A stretch of DNA of 64,000 bases from Pocillopora damicornis. Lineage: Eukaryota. The stretch covers positions 186,001 through 250,000 of the forward strand of contig NW_020844672.1 of assembly GCF_003704095.1 (NCBI RefSeq). Direction: 5' to 3'. Below, in pieces: positions 41,746-56,268 of the stretch. The position numbers and the translations under genes were made by a program. How positions within the stretch are numbered: position 1 is the stretch's first letter; each line of letters opens with the position of its first letter. The notes under the pieces are model-generated. The model did not search any database and had not been told where the DNA came from. It saw only the letters and a list, made by a program, of their open reading frames with translations.

Positions 41746-44700
41746 CTATAGCCAGATATCAGAGGAGCAATCTCCCCCCGGATAACGAACTTCATGAGCT
41801 AGGGCTGCACCGTCGGGTTCGTCTCCAAAATCAACACAGAAATCAGGATTTAACTTGAGGCCACCGTTAACATTATCGACATCAAACTGCAGTAGCATAG
41901 AGCCTTTCCTGCGAGAAAAAAATAAAATGACGTAACGATGAGGGAAAAACAAAAGTAGTTGAAGACAAGAAAGGGTTGATCGTTTTACATTTTAAGGAGA
42001 AGTATTCGGTCGAGTCAATTTTTCTTCTTTCGTATTTCTGATTAATTTTTTTACTTTCTTGTTTTTTCCTGACCAAACTTTTATTTAATTTATCCTATAT
42101 TCATTTCATACGTTCAGTATACTTAAACATTTCGAAAGAAAATAGATCATGTGTAAGGATTAGTTGACTGGCTCCCCATGCTAATCTTTGCTCGTGGTGA
42201 TTGAATGGAAAGCGTATCAAGAAACTACCGCGCGGAACTGAGAAGCAGTTTGTCACTTTTTCTATACAACCGATTAATGAAGTTTCACCATACCCTGACC
42301 CTTTGCACTTACTTAACGAGGTCAGGATAGAACTGATTGTCCCAAACGCTGTATAGTGATGTTGTGACGTAAAGCCGTTTTCCATCCAAACTCAGCTGAA
42401 TCATCTGCGGTCCTCCTTGAACTCGCTTCCCTTTCACGTAACATGGCTCAGGCTGTGCGCTCAGTTCAGAATCCTCAATTACCTTCACTGGTCCGTCACT
42501 GACGATGCTGCCTCCGGCAAACACCTGAAACACAATAAGCGCCCCAAGGAGGCACGAAGAAAATAAATCTTTCGGACCAATGTTCAACAGTTATCGTAAG
42601 TATCGAATGATGCATAGTCCATATCACAAGAGTTCCCAAGATATATTGCTGTCCAACGGAGTTTGAGGACACTTACGGCGATTTATCTGATGAAAGTTCA
42701 AACAACCAGGTGTAATGTCTTCAAGGGTTTTGTGTGAAATTTCACAATTAAAATATAACTTAAGATGCATTTATAGCTTTACAACACCGGAAGCAATATT
42801 GTTCTGTGGACTAGACAACGAGGATTCCTTTCCCCCCCTCTTTGTTCATCGTGGTAGTTAGCCACAATCAGCCAAAACTTAGTCGGTGCAGGGTTAACAC
42901 TTCAAGCGAAAGACGCCCAGAACAAAGGGTACTAACTTCTCCTACTTCTACTTTCGGAGGTATAGAGACGCAACAATACTTTTCCGAGCCTCCTTGAAGC
43001 AACTAAGATATTTCCCAAGGTACATATTCAAGTGGCATTGAGAGGATCTGTGTAAGAGGGTGTAAGAGAGTACGTGAGCGAAGATCCTTCTCACTGCCTT
43101 GGCTTTCAAGTATTTTAATCAATAATGTTCTTACCTGGCCTACTAGTTTAGGATTCTTTGTGTCTGTGATATCATACTGCCTGATGTCTCCATGCAGCCA
43201 GTTGCTGAAGTACAAGTACTTGTCGTCGAGCGAGATAAGAATGTCTGTAATCAGACCTGTGGAAAGGAAACCGCCTCGCTTTGATACGTTTCCTCAGAGG
43301 AGTAAGTAAAGATCCAACTGCATTTTATTTCCGGCTTTCGAATGCTCTTCCCTTTTTCTTCTCTTTTGTGCGTTATCACATCCATTAGTTCGTTCATTCG
43401 TTTATTTCTCTATACATTTCCAATTTTTAAGTGACAAATTATCATAGAAGTTACGAACAAACGCATTATTTAAACGCCTTGTAGAAAGCCTCAACAAGTT
43501 CAGTTGGATTATTTTGAGACGTGAATCATTAAGTCTGACCCACCTGGCATTTCCGGTAGAGCCCAGCCCTCCACTTTCTTAGCTGGGACTTTGATTACGG
43601 TCTCTGCACTCCAAGTCTTTTCCTAAACGTTTAAAATTAGCGTTTTCAATTAGTTGGTAATGCCTGGTTCAACATAATTTGATTAGAGCAATTTATTCGA
43701 TGCTGATGAAACCTGCACTGAGAGAAACTCTATACAAATCAGACTTTGTTCATTCATATAAAATGAATTTGCAGTACCTACACACCTCAAACCAAGAGGT
43801 TATACTCTATTTGTCCAGACAAGAGAATAAAATGTATTAAAAGGGTTTCAGTATTTATTTATTTGATAAAATTGTTTTTTAAAAATCAAATCACGCTTCA
43901 ATTATTGAAAAACACAAATTATTTTCATCATTTTGCACACAAACCCAAAATTAACAAAATTTTATGCTTAATCTGGTTTAACTGTCGATTGTTTTCCTAG
44001 ATGGGAACTTTTGTTAGTTTTATCCAAATAACTGCGATTTACTCAGAGAGCGCACCTTATATGAGAGAAGACTGTGTCATAACATATATAACGAACACTC
44101 ACCTCATTTTGAAAGAATCTCACAACGGTGCTGTTCAATGCACACCCCACAAATCCTTGCGTCTGATCAGGATCGTGCATGAACCTGATTTCTAGAGGAA
44201 TCGTACCCATTCCTAAGTCTATGGTCTGTTTTATGGTTCGTTCGTTCCAGTCCCACACGTGCAAATGCGACCCGTATTTTCCTGAAGACAAAAAGTAGCA
44301 AACGATTGCGAAAAACGAAAGCTGTAAGCACTAGTAAACTAGTAAAATGTAAGTGTACTAAAGGGAATTATCGATTGAAAGTATGAGCGAGAGAAGGAGC
44401 GTACGAACGGACAAATACACAATCTGCACACGAGCAACATGGCTCATCCTACCGAAGCTCATCCCGGTTTTCACTCTACGTTTGTTACTTTTCCCCCTGA
44501 AATGGACTGTAGTAAAGGACAACTTTCTTAACTTATTCCTACACTTTCAAATGGTTCCCTACAGCTAATTCATACCCATCGATACTCTTGGTTAGACTGA
44601 GGTAGTGTGAGAACAAAACAACTACTCAGGCTCAGATCAGGAGTCCAGCGTCCTAGCAATATCATGCCAACGCATCCCCCTAATTACGACTTTAAAAACA

Positions 44701-47700
44701 GGTACAAACCAGGGAATGAACTAAACGCTCTTAGTCTCAATAGAATTTTCTATCGGCTTTGTGGGTCACTCGAATTTTTGCCCCTTTATTTTCTACTAAT
44801 ACTAAGATTCAGTCGCGTTCACTTTCTTACTTTTGATCATTCCAATTTTCTAACCTGCAGCCACGTCCTCAATCTTAAATCCAAGTTCTAAGGCGCTTGG
44901 CACTCCCCACTCAGAGCTAATCATTACATTGTGTCGAGGCTGATACCAAAAGTCGTATCCCATGGGTGCTGCGTTTTCACTTCCACCTTCCCAACGTCCT
45001 TTGACCTTGAAAGTCTCCCCGTCCAGAATAACGAAGCCCCCTGAAATAATGATATCATGATTAATGTTCCTTTTTTTAACTGGACTTTCATGTTGAAAAA
45101 CGAATTTCAGTGAGTAGAGCGGTCCAGGGTCAACTGAAATACGAATATTAGACTAACTAAATCATTGTTGAATATTTTCATTCATGGAAATGTGACAAAT
45201 TCCTTAAAAATAATGGCGAAATATTTTCAGGTTGTAAGCCTTTTCAAGCCTTGCAGTTTTATTGGAAATAAAGAGTAATCTCCTACCGTTGGCTCAAGTG
45301 ACGTTATGTTTGAGTAATTATATATACCAATACCTTCGGCTTTTCCCTCCGGCGAACCTAAGGCACTGATCATGATCTCGCCACTACCCAGGCAGTGTGA
45401 TGTATGAAGGTAGGCCAGGCCTGTCTTCTCAAATACTTCCTTTGGTTCAACAATCTGTAAGTCAAAATGTTTGATCTATCCCAGAACAGCAATAGATTCC
45501 ATTATATTTCCCATGATGCATGAGCCATCATGGGCCAAGACATATCGGGAGACTTACCGTATCTTTCCAGACTGCGCGCGGACAACTAGGCTATCGAGAA
45601 CACCCAGAAACTATGATAAGGTCATCTCTGTAAAGGCTTGCGGCAGCGAAAGTTATCATCCACCTCATCTAAGCTAGCTTCCAACATAGAATTCCTGTAC
45701 ACTTTAACACTTGGAACGCGCAGAAGGCTAATCAAAAGCTAGAATGGTCCGAACTAAACTGTTCACACGCATGGGCAGTTTGGCTGGCAATCAATTGTGC
45801 TGGAAAGACTACAGCTTGAGACGCACTAATCACGGCGATTCAGATGAGCGTAATTCCTTTGTTATCCTTACCTTGTGAATACGCGGCGCTCTTGGGTCAG
45901 ATTCAACATCAACAATGTAGATCCTGCTGGTTGTAATAGACGGCATAATCAAGCGGTTTCTTTTCTGGTTGGGATCTCCATGGCAGCTGAAATAGAACAA
46001 AGTTTCAGGTGTTTCATTAAAAGCCGCCTAGGACCTTTACTACCGCCTGTAAGACCTCCACTACCGCTTGTAAGACCTCTACTACCGCTGGTAAGACCTC
46101 TATTGCTGCCTGTAAGACCTTTACTACCGCCTGTAAGACCTCCACTACTGCCTGTAAGACCTCTACTGCCGCCTGTAAGACCTCTACTACCGCCTGTAGG
46201 ATCTCTACTACCGCCTGTAAGACCTTTACTACCGCCTGTAAGACCTCCACTACTGCCTGTAAGACCTCTACTGCCGCCTGTAAGACCTTTACTACCGCCT
46301 GTAAGACCTCCACTACCACCTGTGAGACTTCTACTACCGCTTTTAAGATCTCTACCACCGCCTTTAAGACCTTTACTACCGCCTGTAACGCTCCTGAAAC
46401 GCTCGCACCATCAGTACATGATTATTGCTAACCTATCAGAATTTGTTCAAAATTGAAAAAAAATTGGATCCAACTGATAACTTTCCAAGTTTTTACAACC
46501 TAGGTGTGACTCGTTAGGCACGTCCTCGCCTTAATGTAATTGGGGTAGAAAAAAAGCAATGATCACAATCGCAACATTCAGTGTTCATTTATTCTTCAGT
46601 GTGCCAACAGAATGAAGGCCCTAGTTTCTTCTTGAGACCAACTGACCTGCTGCAGGCATTCCAGCCACTGTGATGTAACTCGTCTCCTATATAAGGAACC
46701 TTCAAGCGATGAATAACCTATCACAAAAATTCTAAATTAATTGCAAAATGAAATTAACCTTTCAATCAATTTTTGCCCATCAGCATTTTCTTTCCTCCAC
46801 TCCTAATTAATCCTCAGTTTGAAGCTGTTTTTTAGCCCACTTAAATTCCGCTTGAGAGCTAAGAGAAAACTCTAGTGAGGAGCAAGGGAAAGAATGAGAG
46901 ATTGCGTCACCAAATTAGACACTAGTTTTTACTGAATCGAATTCAAAGCCAAGCAGCAGGAACCGTTCGCCCTCCGTTATCTGCTCTCCTTGAAGTCCCT
47001 GAGTCAAAACACGAAACTTTAAGTGAGAAGGAGAAGAAAAGATTGAGTAGAAGACTGCGCGATTTCTAATGTTAATCTGGAGTGAACGACAATGTTTACT
47101 TACCTGACTGTAATTAGGGGAGTCTGGATCTGCATCAACAGTGGCAAGATAGTCCGGCTTTTGTATCCCCGTGTTACTCAGGATGCATGGTAAATACAAT
47201 AATTTCTCTCTAGGACCTTTCATAGCGTCCTGTAGGGAGGCATAGCCCGGACCACATTTGCAGTGATCTGTGGAAAAAAAGACAACAGTGTAATGGAGGA
47301 CGGTCTGGTGAGGAGGATCTTAATCTCTCCAAATCTTTTCTGTCTTGAGGCTACTAGGTTACATATGACACAAGGACACACCAATTATGGAAGGGAGGGC
47401 AGCGGTGCTGTAAGAGAATAAATTACAAAGTCTCGAAGGCTTATTACCCTTAAGCCTGTTTACGATGTTAAAATTACATCGCGCGTATGTGAATTATTTT
47501 AGAAATAGATATCTTGTTGACCTATCGTTTTTCCCTTGTCATCTGAAAAAAACGATGTACCCCATCCCTTTGTTTATACTCCTGTTATACAGTTTTTGAT
47601 CAGATACATAATGCCGCTTTCATTTCTTTTACAAAGTACGTTAAGTGCAGTTTTAGCTTTTTATAGTAATAGACCGTCGAATGTTGAAATGTTTATGCAA

Positions 47701-48407
47701 TCGAAATGCATTGTGCAGAACCTGCTCTTTACGACATATTATATATCATCTATACTAACAGCGTGTTAGAGGTAAAACTATTATTTCGAAAGACCTTCGC
47801 TTCCCTTTTCATTTTACTTCGTGAGCAACGCTTAGTACTGTAAGTTGTTTGCGAAAATTCGTATTTGCAAATTGAACAATTTAAGGTCTCGTGAAGTAAC
47901 TGAAGCTTGAAATAATCATAAGATCGCGAATCGACTATCCGTAGATTGTCAGTTGAACTACAACTAAATTGCTTACCCTTTCCTCCTTAAACAACAATCT
48001 ACATGAAGGAGCTTAAAGTTAATTCAATAAATAACAGCAATGCCTTCAGTCTCAGCTTAAGTGTGCAAGTACGCGCTTGCATAACGATTCACAACAGAGG
48101 AAGAAAGTCGTTTTGTGCGCGATGAAAAGAGAGAAACAAGGTTGAAATTACTCCAAAGTTAAATCTATTACGGCTCAGCATTCGGACCTAGTTGCGTTTG
48201 CTCTTCGCTCATTGTTTCCTTTAATCTGCGATTAACCCTTCGCCGGCTGAAGCTGTGTGGGCATTTAATTAAACCATGTGGATGAACTGCGAGGTTCAAA
48301 TCCGACGTACACATGGAATTTATAATACCCTTATTACTTGTTAGCGAAAGAAAAGACCTTTAAAAGATTACATTTCCACAGCCTTACAGTCAATTACCTC
48401 CATTCAT
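41746..48407 (-). CDS. SELENBP1: Selenium-binding protein 1 / methanethiol oxidase (~473 aa, 11 exons)
   Basis: Exons 48407-48398 (tentative), 47267-47104, 46717-46647, 45986-45872, 45454-45334, 45040-44855, 44281-44103, 43622-43544, 43256-43135, 42524-42313 and 41908-41746 total 1422 nt in frame. Motifs [68 protein letters not shown]. Confidence 0.95.
46030..46390. repeat. 21-bp minisatellite (~17 copies) in SELENBP1 intron 3
   Basis: Unit ccgcctgtaagacctctacta. Confidence 0.95.
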
Positions 48408-51029
48408 AGTTGCGCGGAAGGTTAAAATGAGCAGATTCTGGATCTTTCTGTACAGAACGCTTCAATCGACAATAGCTTCGCTTCAACTCGATCAGCAGTG
48501 CTAGTGGAAGCTAGCAGCTGCAGATATACTTTGTTCAGCGGGTGCCAGGACATAATTATCATACAATTCAGACAGCTTAGCAGACCTTGGTCAAAATTAG
48601 TGTACTTTATTGGTAAATTTAGCCTAAATTTTACAAATAAGTTTGTGTTACTCTTTTCTATCTCCTCAATTACCCTCTTTCGCAGTTCTTTTGTATATCA
48701 TTTTCTTCTTCTTGTTTTTCCGCCCGTAAACAAAGGATTAATTCATGGTTTTATTCCATTATTCCATTAATGTTGTCATCTCGACAGGACTTAAGATGAC
48801 TTAAAAAAAAAATAATTATGTATTCCTTTAAATTAAAGTTAAATGGCTTAAACTCTTGTGATATGCACCCACGATTTCCCCAGCCTGTGTAGAAGCCTTC
48901 TCCGTCAAGTTTGGCGTAAAGAGAAGAGCTTAGAGCCGAGCTGGAGTCACGCGATAGCCAGTGCGTAAGGACTGTAAAAGAAAAATTTACCCCAGGCTTC
49001 GTGTGACCCATGTCCGCTCTCTCAGCTTCTTTGAAAGGAAATGGAAAATACTGTCATGTATGCTTCGATTTACCTTTCTCTAAATACGATTTTCTTAGGA
49101 TGACTGTTGATTAAAATTGAAACAGTCCGATGAAAAGTCACGACTCTCGAGAGTAAGAGGTAACTGTTGCGAGCCCGAATTTAAGCTTGAACATGTCAGT
49201 CAACCAGTAAATCAATCAATATCTGAATATCTTTCTGCATTCCTGATCACAAAATAATCAGGTGGGATAAAAACTAGTCATCATCTGAAAACATGCCATA
49301 ATGCTTGCAAGAAGTTAAAGTAGCGTATGTCCACCATGTTGTTTTCGTCTTAAGCTCGTGCGCGGCAAAGTCTGGATTCAACACCGTGACGTAATCGTTG
49401 TCAAAAAAAATAGCCTCCGTTTTCATCCGTCCGCAACAGCAAGAGATCGTAAGAGACTGTCAGTTTTAGTTGCAAAGAACCTTGAACGGCTCAACATTAA
49501 AACAAAAACGAAAAAAGAATCAGTAATAAGGATTTAAATGAGGATGAATTCACTTTAAATGAAACGAAATGGGCTACTATACTAATGACGTGGCTGAAGC
49601 AGAAACTTATTTTTTTTCATTTTTTTTTTAGATGGGCAAGATGGACCACTCCCTTTGGATTATAATGTGGTCAGAAATGGGACAATAAAGTGAAAAATAA
49701 AAAAATTAGCCGTTTTAAGAGACTATGCAATATCGTCTTATACGACGCATGCGCACCGTAGTATAATGTCCCACAAGGAAAGCAGTTCTTTGCTTGTCAT
49801 GAAATTACGTATTTTCCTCATAAATTAAAAGGGCCTTTGCCATCACTGGCACGTGAGACCTAAGGGGCTCGCGCGGAATCGCCATCCAGAGATTTCGGAG
49901 GCATAATCTTTGGACTCCCGCGGCAGTTGGTAGCCTCTAGCACCGACGCCCATATCACCATACAATAACCACGAGCAAGTAAACAATACTTGCTCCTCTT
50001 ACCGTGAACTAACTTACTTGATTTATGAAGCTTGTCATTCCACATTGTGCGTTCACTCTACTGCTAACAATTTGTTGCCGAACGTGAAAAGCGGAAACCT
50101 AAAGTTTCTTGATGAGGACGATAGATTTTCAAACCGAGTATCATAACTCTCTTCAACGAGAGAATGATTTTAACCCCAGCCTCCAACTCACGCGATCCAT
50201 TGGGTACAAAGTAGAGTTGCGTGCAAACTTATTTGAAAATAATCCACGTTGGCCGGTCCATGGCACGTCTTATGCTTAAAATTGGTTTAGTTCTATAAGC
50301 GAAAAGATTCTCAAGAGTATCAGTCTGTCAAAAAAGCCGCTCTCGAGGCGTTCTTCCACCAGTCTCACCTCTTTACTCACATCAAGACCGGTAAAATCAA
50401 ACCAAATAATTTCAACACCAAGTATGCGACATTTTATTTGCTAAACTTATTATGATCGCCTTGGCCCTTTAATCTTGTTAGCCCTTAAATGAGATTGGAT
50501 CTTACTCAATTCATATGTCATCAGCGGAAGTTTTTTTCTAAAGGAGGGTATTTTCATTGTTTTTATAACAATTGGCTTAGATTTTCAACAAGTTAGGACC
50601 TAGAGGGAAACAGCCCAACCCAGGCTCGAAATCCACTTCTGTTTGAAGCAAATAGGATTTTTATGGACCAATATCAGTATTTTCAACATCAAGTCCAAGC
50701 ATCTTTAAAGCAATTCAACGTTATCTTTGTTGGTTTACTTAAGTGGTTTTCTGCGTCACAGGATCCGAAATGTTTCGACCCGAAATTCTTTTAGTAGTTC
50801 TCACCAATCTTGACCTCGGATGTTTTTAACTCGTGTGATACAAAAATCAAATTAAACTGACTTAAAAGTTTGTCTTCCTTTCGACTACTTTTCTAACGGC
50901 GATCATAAATGAGAAGGATCCAGCAACCATTTTTACGGTAGTTTGAGCACTTCTTTAATTGCAAGTACACTTAAAATCGGAAGCAAGTTATGTTTAATAA
51001 TATCGGTTCTAGAATTCAAAACTTTGTAT

Positions 51030-51275
51030 AAACGACCGGAAGTTCTCACATTAGATCCTTTTTTTCAGCAATCCATAACATAATAAAAGCCGGAAAGGGT
51101 GAAATTTGATATTGAGTTCATCTCTGTCGGAAGGTTTTGTTTGAAAATAACAAACCGACAGATAATAGCTTCGAATGCGGAAAATTCAACATCCTCACCA
51201 ATATCCTTAGCATTTGATCTAATTATCATTCTTTATCGAATAAGTGATTTCCCTTGATTATTTCACCGGAAGTAG
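51030..51275. promoter_or_regulatory. ETS-motif cluster upstream of the PEAK1-like ATG
   Basis: accggaagt near 51035 and 51265, plus gccggaaa and tcggaag. Confidence 0.35.
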
Positions 51276-51465
51276 ACCCTCCTTTCCTTGGAACCCAGTC
51301 TTCTTGGTTACTGACATGTGAAGGTTCTTTGTGTCTCCTGCTGTCAAGAAAGTCGTAGTGGGTGTTTCGTATATTTAAATGTCGTCCTTCTGATATTTAA
51401 ACCGTGTTGTATTCGGTAAAAATGCACCCGACGATGTGGGAACCCTACGAGAAAGCTACCTAGAA

Positions 51466-53551
51466 ATGTCTAACTGTGATAATTTTGTAGAACAACTCTG
51501 GAGAAAGGGGAAGTGCGCGAACTGCTTTCAGTCTCGCGACAAACATCAAAACGCTGTCAACAAACACGAAGACGCCAGTTTTACCGGTAGTGGTTCCGCA
51601 AACTGCAGACCAAAACGAGTTGTGATTCCTCCACAAAGCCCAAAAACTCAAAATTTTAAAGCATGTAGTGTTGAAAAGACAGATAATTTATTTGAACAGG
51701 AACAAGGAAAGGAGGGAACTGATAAAGGGAATGGTGAGAACGATATTAATAAATCCATTACACCTTGCACAACTCACGCCATTGAAGTAACCAACGATCG
51801 CAGTAGCACTGTGACTGATTCAAGGAAAGAGGCACAGGATTTCAAAACATCGACTGCCCTTAAACCTAGGCCAGCACCAAGACCAAAACCACGACCGGCT
51901 TCTCGAGCTGTGGAATTTAGTTATAGCGCCGCAAGTCGCGACGAAAACCCGCAAGAATCAGCAGATGTGTTAAACGGTCTCACATCGTTTGAGAACTCTC
52001 TTGGGAATTCCCTTACTCAACCATGTAACGCAACCTCCTCAGAAATTCCCATCGAGAGTGGATTGTCAATATTGGATAACGTTGAAAAAGCGAAGCTGGA
52101 AAACAGATCTAACAACGAAACAGACAGCGTGACAATTTGTAATGAAGTAGATGTAGTTGAGTTTGGGGAGCCAAAGAACGATGCGGAGTTTTTGGACGTG
52201 AACAAAAGTGACATTCTGCCTTCATCAGATAACGTTTCAACCGAAATTGAAGAAGCCGCTCCGGTATCTACAAATGCGATCGAAGACGACGATTCAAGCG
52301 ACGAATATGTACCGATGAAGAGCAATATAGTGTTGTTTGGTGTCGAATCTGATCCGCTACGTGAAGAAGTTCGTGAGACAGATGTTTTGAAACCAAACTG
52401 TGAAAGTGATAGTGACTCGAAAAAAATGGCGATCAGCGAAAATCGAATGAAAGTTGCATGTGGCTCTCAAATCGACGAAGAATTGTCGTCTACTGTTTTA
52501 GAATTTCGTAATCCGTTGTGCATGATCACAAACAAGATCAACGAATCTAGAATTACTGATCGAGACACTGGTGAGTCGGACAAATTGAATAATAATCGTG
52601 ATAATCCTAACAAGATTATTTGTAAATTTTCTACTATCACAGAGCCAAATTACGTAAATAGAGCCTCAAGCTCAAGCAGCGAAAGTGCAGTGTCCGGCAG
52701 TCAAGATTCGGGTTATGAAAACACTCGAAAGTCGAACAGGGGTGATTCTTTTAACAATGCCTCGGGCAATGAGTCAGTTCTTGTAGAACAAGAAGTAGGC
52801 TTATTGGCAGATATTCCAGTTACTGTCACTCCCACAACAAACGATGGTTATTGTATTATTGAGTCTAGTGGAACCTCAAGTAGCTCTTGGGGAAGCAGCA
52901 CTTGGGACAGTTGTAGCACATCAGATTTACATGAAAACAGTGGTGAAGCTATGGCTGCTAAAAATTCCTTTGGAAATTTGAACACCAGAAATAACAAACC
53001 TCACTTGGTGGCATCGCCCAGAGTGGCAGTAAAAGAACAACCCATACCTAACGAAAAACTCCAAAGTAGCAATACTGGACCTTTTTATGTGAATACAACA
53101 TTAAAACCAATTACAAAACCATATAAAGTGGTTGACATAAGTGCTGGTGTTGCTGTTCCAACAACAGAGAGCCCAAGTGATGCACCACCCCTGCCCCCAA
53201 AAGAAAAGGATCTGAAGAAAGATAGAGCTGAGGAATTGAATCATATTTACTTGGAACCCAGTGATGGGACTGCAGCTGCCCCAGAACAAAATTTGAAAAA
53301 TGAAAAGGATGAAAAGGCTATTTCCAAGGTGAGTGCTTCTCTAAACTCATCCTTCAGCAAAGCTTCTGGCAGTGTAATGGACAAGAGCTCAGCTGTGCGA
53401 AGGGCCCCAGCACCAAGACCACGTTCTAGAATACCATCTCAATTTGGCACCTTACCCAAACCTGCCCCTCGTACATCAAGAATTCTGAATGACACAGTTG
53501 TCAAGGTGGACACCAAAGAGCAAAGAGTGGTTACAGTGAACCCACCAGTTG
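51466..53551 (+). CDS. PEAK1/pragmin (SgK269/SgK223)-like pseudokinase scaffold, first coding exon
   Basis: MSNCDNFVEQLWRKGKCANCFQSRDKH resembles the PEAK1 N-terminus (C..F.EH.WK.G.CKNCF...H). Disordered region with Tyr motifs and PPLPPK; phase-1 donor G|gtaagt at 53551. Confidence 0.8.
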
Positions 53552-56268
53552 GTAAGTTTTGTGATTTTATGTTGTGGTTTTGCAAAACAGGAGGACACCT
53601 GATTTGGAAAACATGGTAGCTGTCTCATTGATTTGGTTTGTATAGGGTCATTCATATTGATTGGATTAAACTCAACACATTCTGGACAGTGTTCTACTTT
53701 TAAAGCTGTAATCAGTAAAATATACTGCTTTTAGTACCCCATATTACTGCCTAAACTTGCTCGAAATTCTTGAAAATTCCACAGGTAAAAGGGTTGCTCT
53801 TTAAATATTTCATTTACCTTTTGTGCCTAAAATAAGGGAGAGCACTGCTTGACTAAAAAGTTATAATACACCAATGACATACATGATGATGGTCAAACAA
53901 TGCTGACAGAGAATGTAGTTATGTGATGAGGTTTACAATGAATTTCAGGTTAAAATTAATTCATCCTGGTTTGGTTTGTATTTTCTGTGAAAAAATTGAG
54001 GTATTGTAAATAACTGAAACAAAAGAAAGTACAAATCAAATTACTTAGACCTGATTTAACACATATAAATATTTAACTATTCAACTATCTGTTCTTTCAT
54101 ACAATTCATCCAAATTTCCTCCAGTTTTTGAGGAAAAACATGTGATATTTTAGTTTAGAGCTGACATCCTATTCAACTGAGACATCAGTTATGAAAAAGT
54201 TAAAAATTCAAGGCTATAATTGGCTAGTTCACGACAAAAGTTTTTCATGATATTTTTCTTATCTCAAGTTTGTTGTGAAACCAAAACTTCAGTGATTAAT
54301 ATCAAACATCTTGCAGAGTCATTTATTATTCCACGTGCAACCCTTATGCCCTATGTTTGTATACTAAAATGAAAAACAAATTTGAATTGTTTTATTTCCT
54401 TTACATCAAAAACATATCCTTGCCGAGTTTAAATGCTTCATTTTTAACTGTGCATATTTACCAACATTTGTTGAGTGTTTTAAACAAAAGAGAGATCCAT
54501 AGTGTTAAAGTGTCTCAAATGATGTATAATTTCAAACTTTTTTAGAAATTTAAACATATATTTTTCAGCTCTATTGTAATTGTTGTAACACATGTCCATG
54601 TGCTTGAGACTGCATAAACAGCACAGAGTAAAACCTATTTTGCTTTAAAATTTTCAGAACTATACTCATTTATTTTTAAACTATTCTTCTGCTACAGCTA
54701 AAACACCACATGTTCATGCATCTTGAGACTGTGTAAACAACGCAGAATAAAACCTGTTTAGCATTGACAGGTCAAAAATGAGTCATAGCTATTTGTCAGC
54801 AAGCTGTTTTAATCAGTGAGATGAATTAGTTGAGCCAATGATTCAAAGTAATATGTTTTTCTTGATTTAGAGGATTTCTAGCCTCAGAGATAAGTTACAG
54901 TTCTTGTTAGATGCAGTAAATCATTATTTTTAATTCTATTTATTCCTTTTAGTTCAAATTCCCTGAAGGGGAAACTTTTGATGCTGTAATAAATCTGTTA
55001 TCAGCTGAATCAGGTCTTGTCACATTGTTATCTCACACAGTATGGATATTAATTTTGTAGGTTATCAGATATACTTGTCACCCTTTTCATCCAGATATCT
55101 CTGCTTTTGGGTATTTGTTTTGTTGTAAAGTTTCCTGAAGCGACATATGCTATCTCTAATAGACTTGATGAAAGAGGTAGATAAGGTTGATGGGTGTGAT
55201 AACAATGGAATCTTTGTTAGAAGTCCTTATCACAAATTATGCTTTTATCAAGTTTCTAGACAAATTAATTGGGTGACCAAGATGCTGTCAAATATTTACA
55301 CATCTGGAGAATGAACGCGACTACTAACTTGTTAGTTTATGGTCTAAGCATAAGAAAGATCATTTAGAAATATATTCTTAATATCTAACCACATATATTC
55401 ACCATCATTGCCAGCTTGTGCAGTATTTAACAAAGCTTTTTGCATTCCTTGAGACAAACAGAAGCATTTTTAATGAATTTGTACACCCAGGAAAAACCTT
55501 CTGGCTTAAGTTTCAATTCCTGATGAAATATTCAAGACTTAACCAGACATATGTACAATATTTTTAAGTGTTAAATTATTTATACAGCATGGCTTTCTCT
55601 TTGAAATGTTTGATCATGCTTTCTTTGTTCAAACCACTTACCAGGGAAAATCTGAATCAGTTCATGATTTTGTTCTTACTTTATTTCTTTACTTTGAGAA
55701 GTTTTTTCATCCATTATCCTAATGACCATGGTACAATGATTGACATTTACATTGATTGTAATTTTTGTTGTCAGAATTATTTCACACTTGTTGCATAAAT
55801 ATTGTCTTTGAGGAATTACAATTCTTTGACAAAATTATAATTTACCACAAGTAGCGAACTGCAGTAGGTTTTATNNNNNNNNNNNNNNNNNNNNNNNNNN
55901 NNNNNNNNNNNNNNNNNNNNNNNNNNNNNNNNNNNNNNNNNNNNNNNNNNNNNNNNNNNNNNNNNNNNNNNNNNCACGAGATATGTTCACGTGATACGGC
56001 AGAGCCTCGCATACACGTATATCCTGCTGGTTAGGTGAAGGTTCCGAAGAGCGAGTTCTGGAATGCAGCGGGTATTCCACCTGATTAAACGAGGATGCAA
56101 TAAAATAAAAACAAATAACAATAGCAATAAATACAAAAACATTAAAAATGCTCTTAATTACAACAACCACCCGGCAGAATGGAATGAGGGTATAAACCAA
56201 AGATTCTCAAAAATCCATGAACAAATTAGAAATACGTGCATGCAGACCCAATGTTTTACAACACTGAC

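Noticed and set aside
45875-46456. Pro/Leu-rich 193-aa ORF (+) and AVVEVLQ heptad ORF (-)
   Set aside because: Both are translations of a 21-bp minisatellite inside a SELENBP1 intron; the flanking exons join in frame without it.
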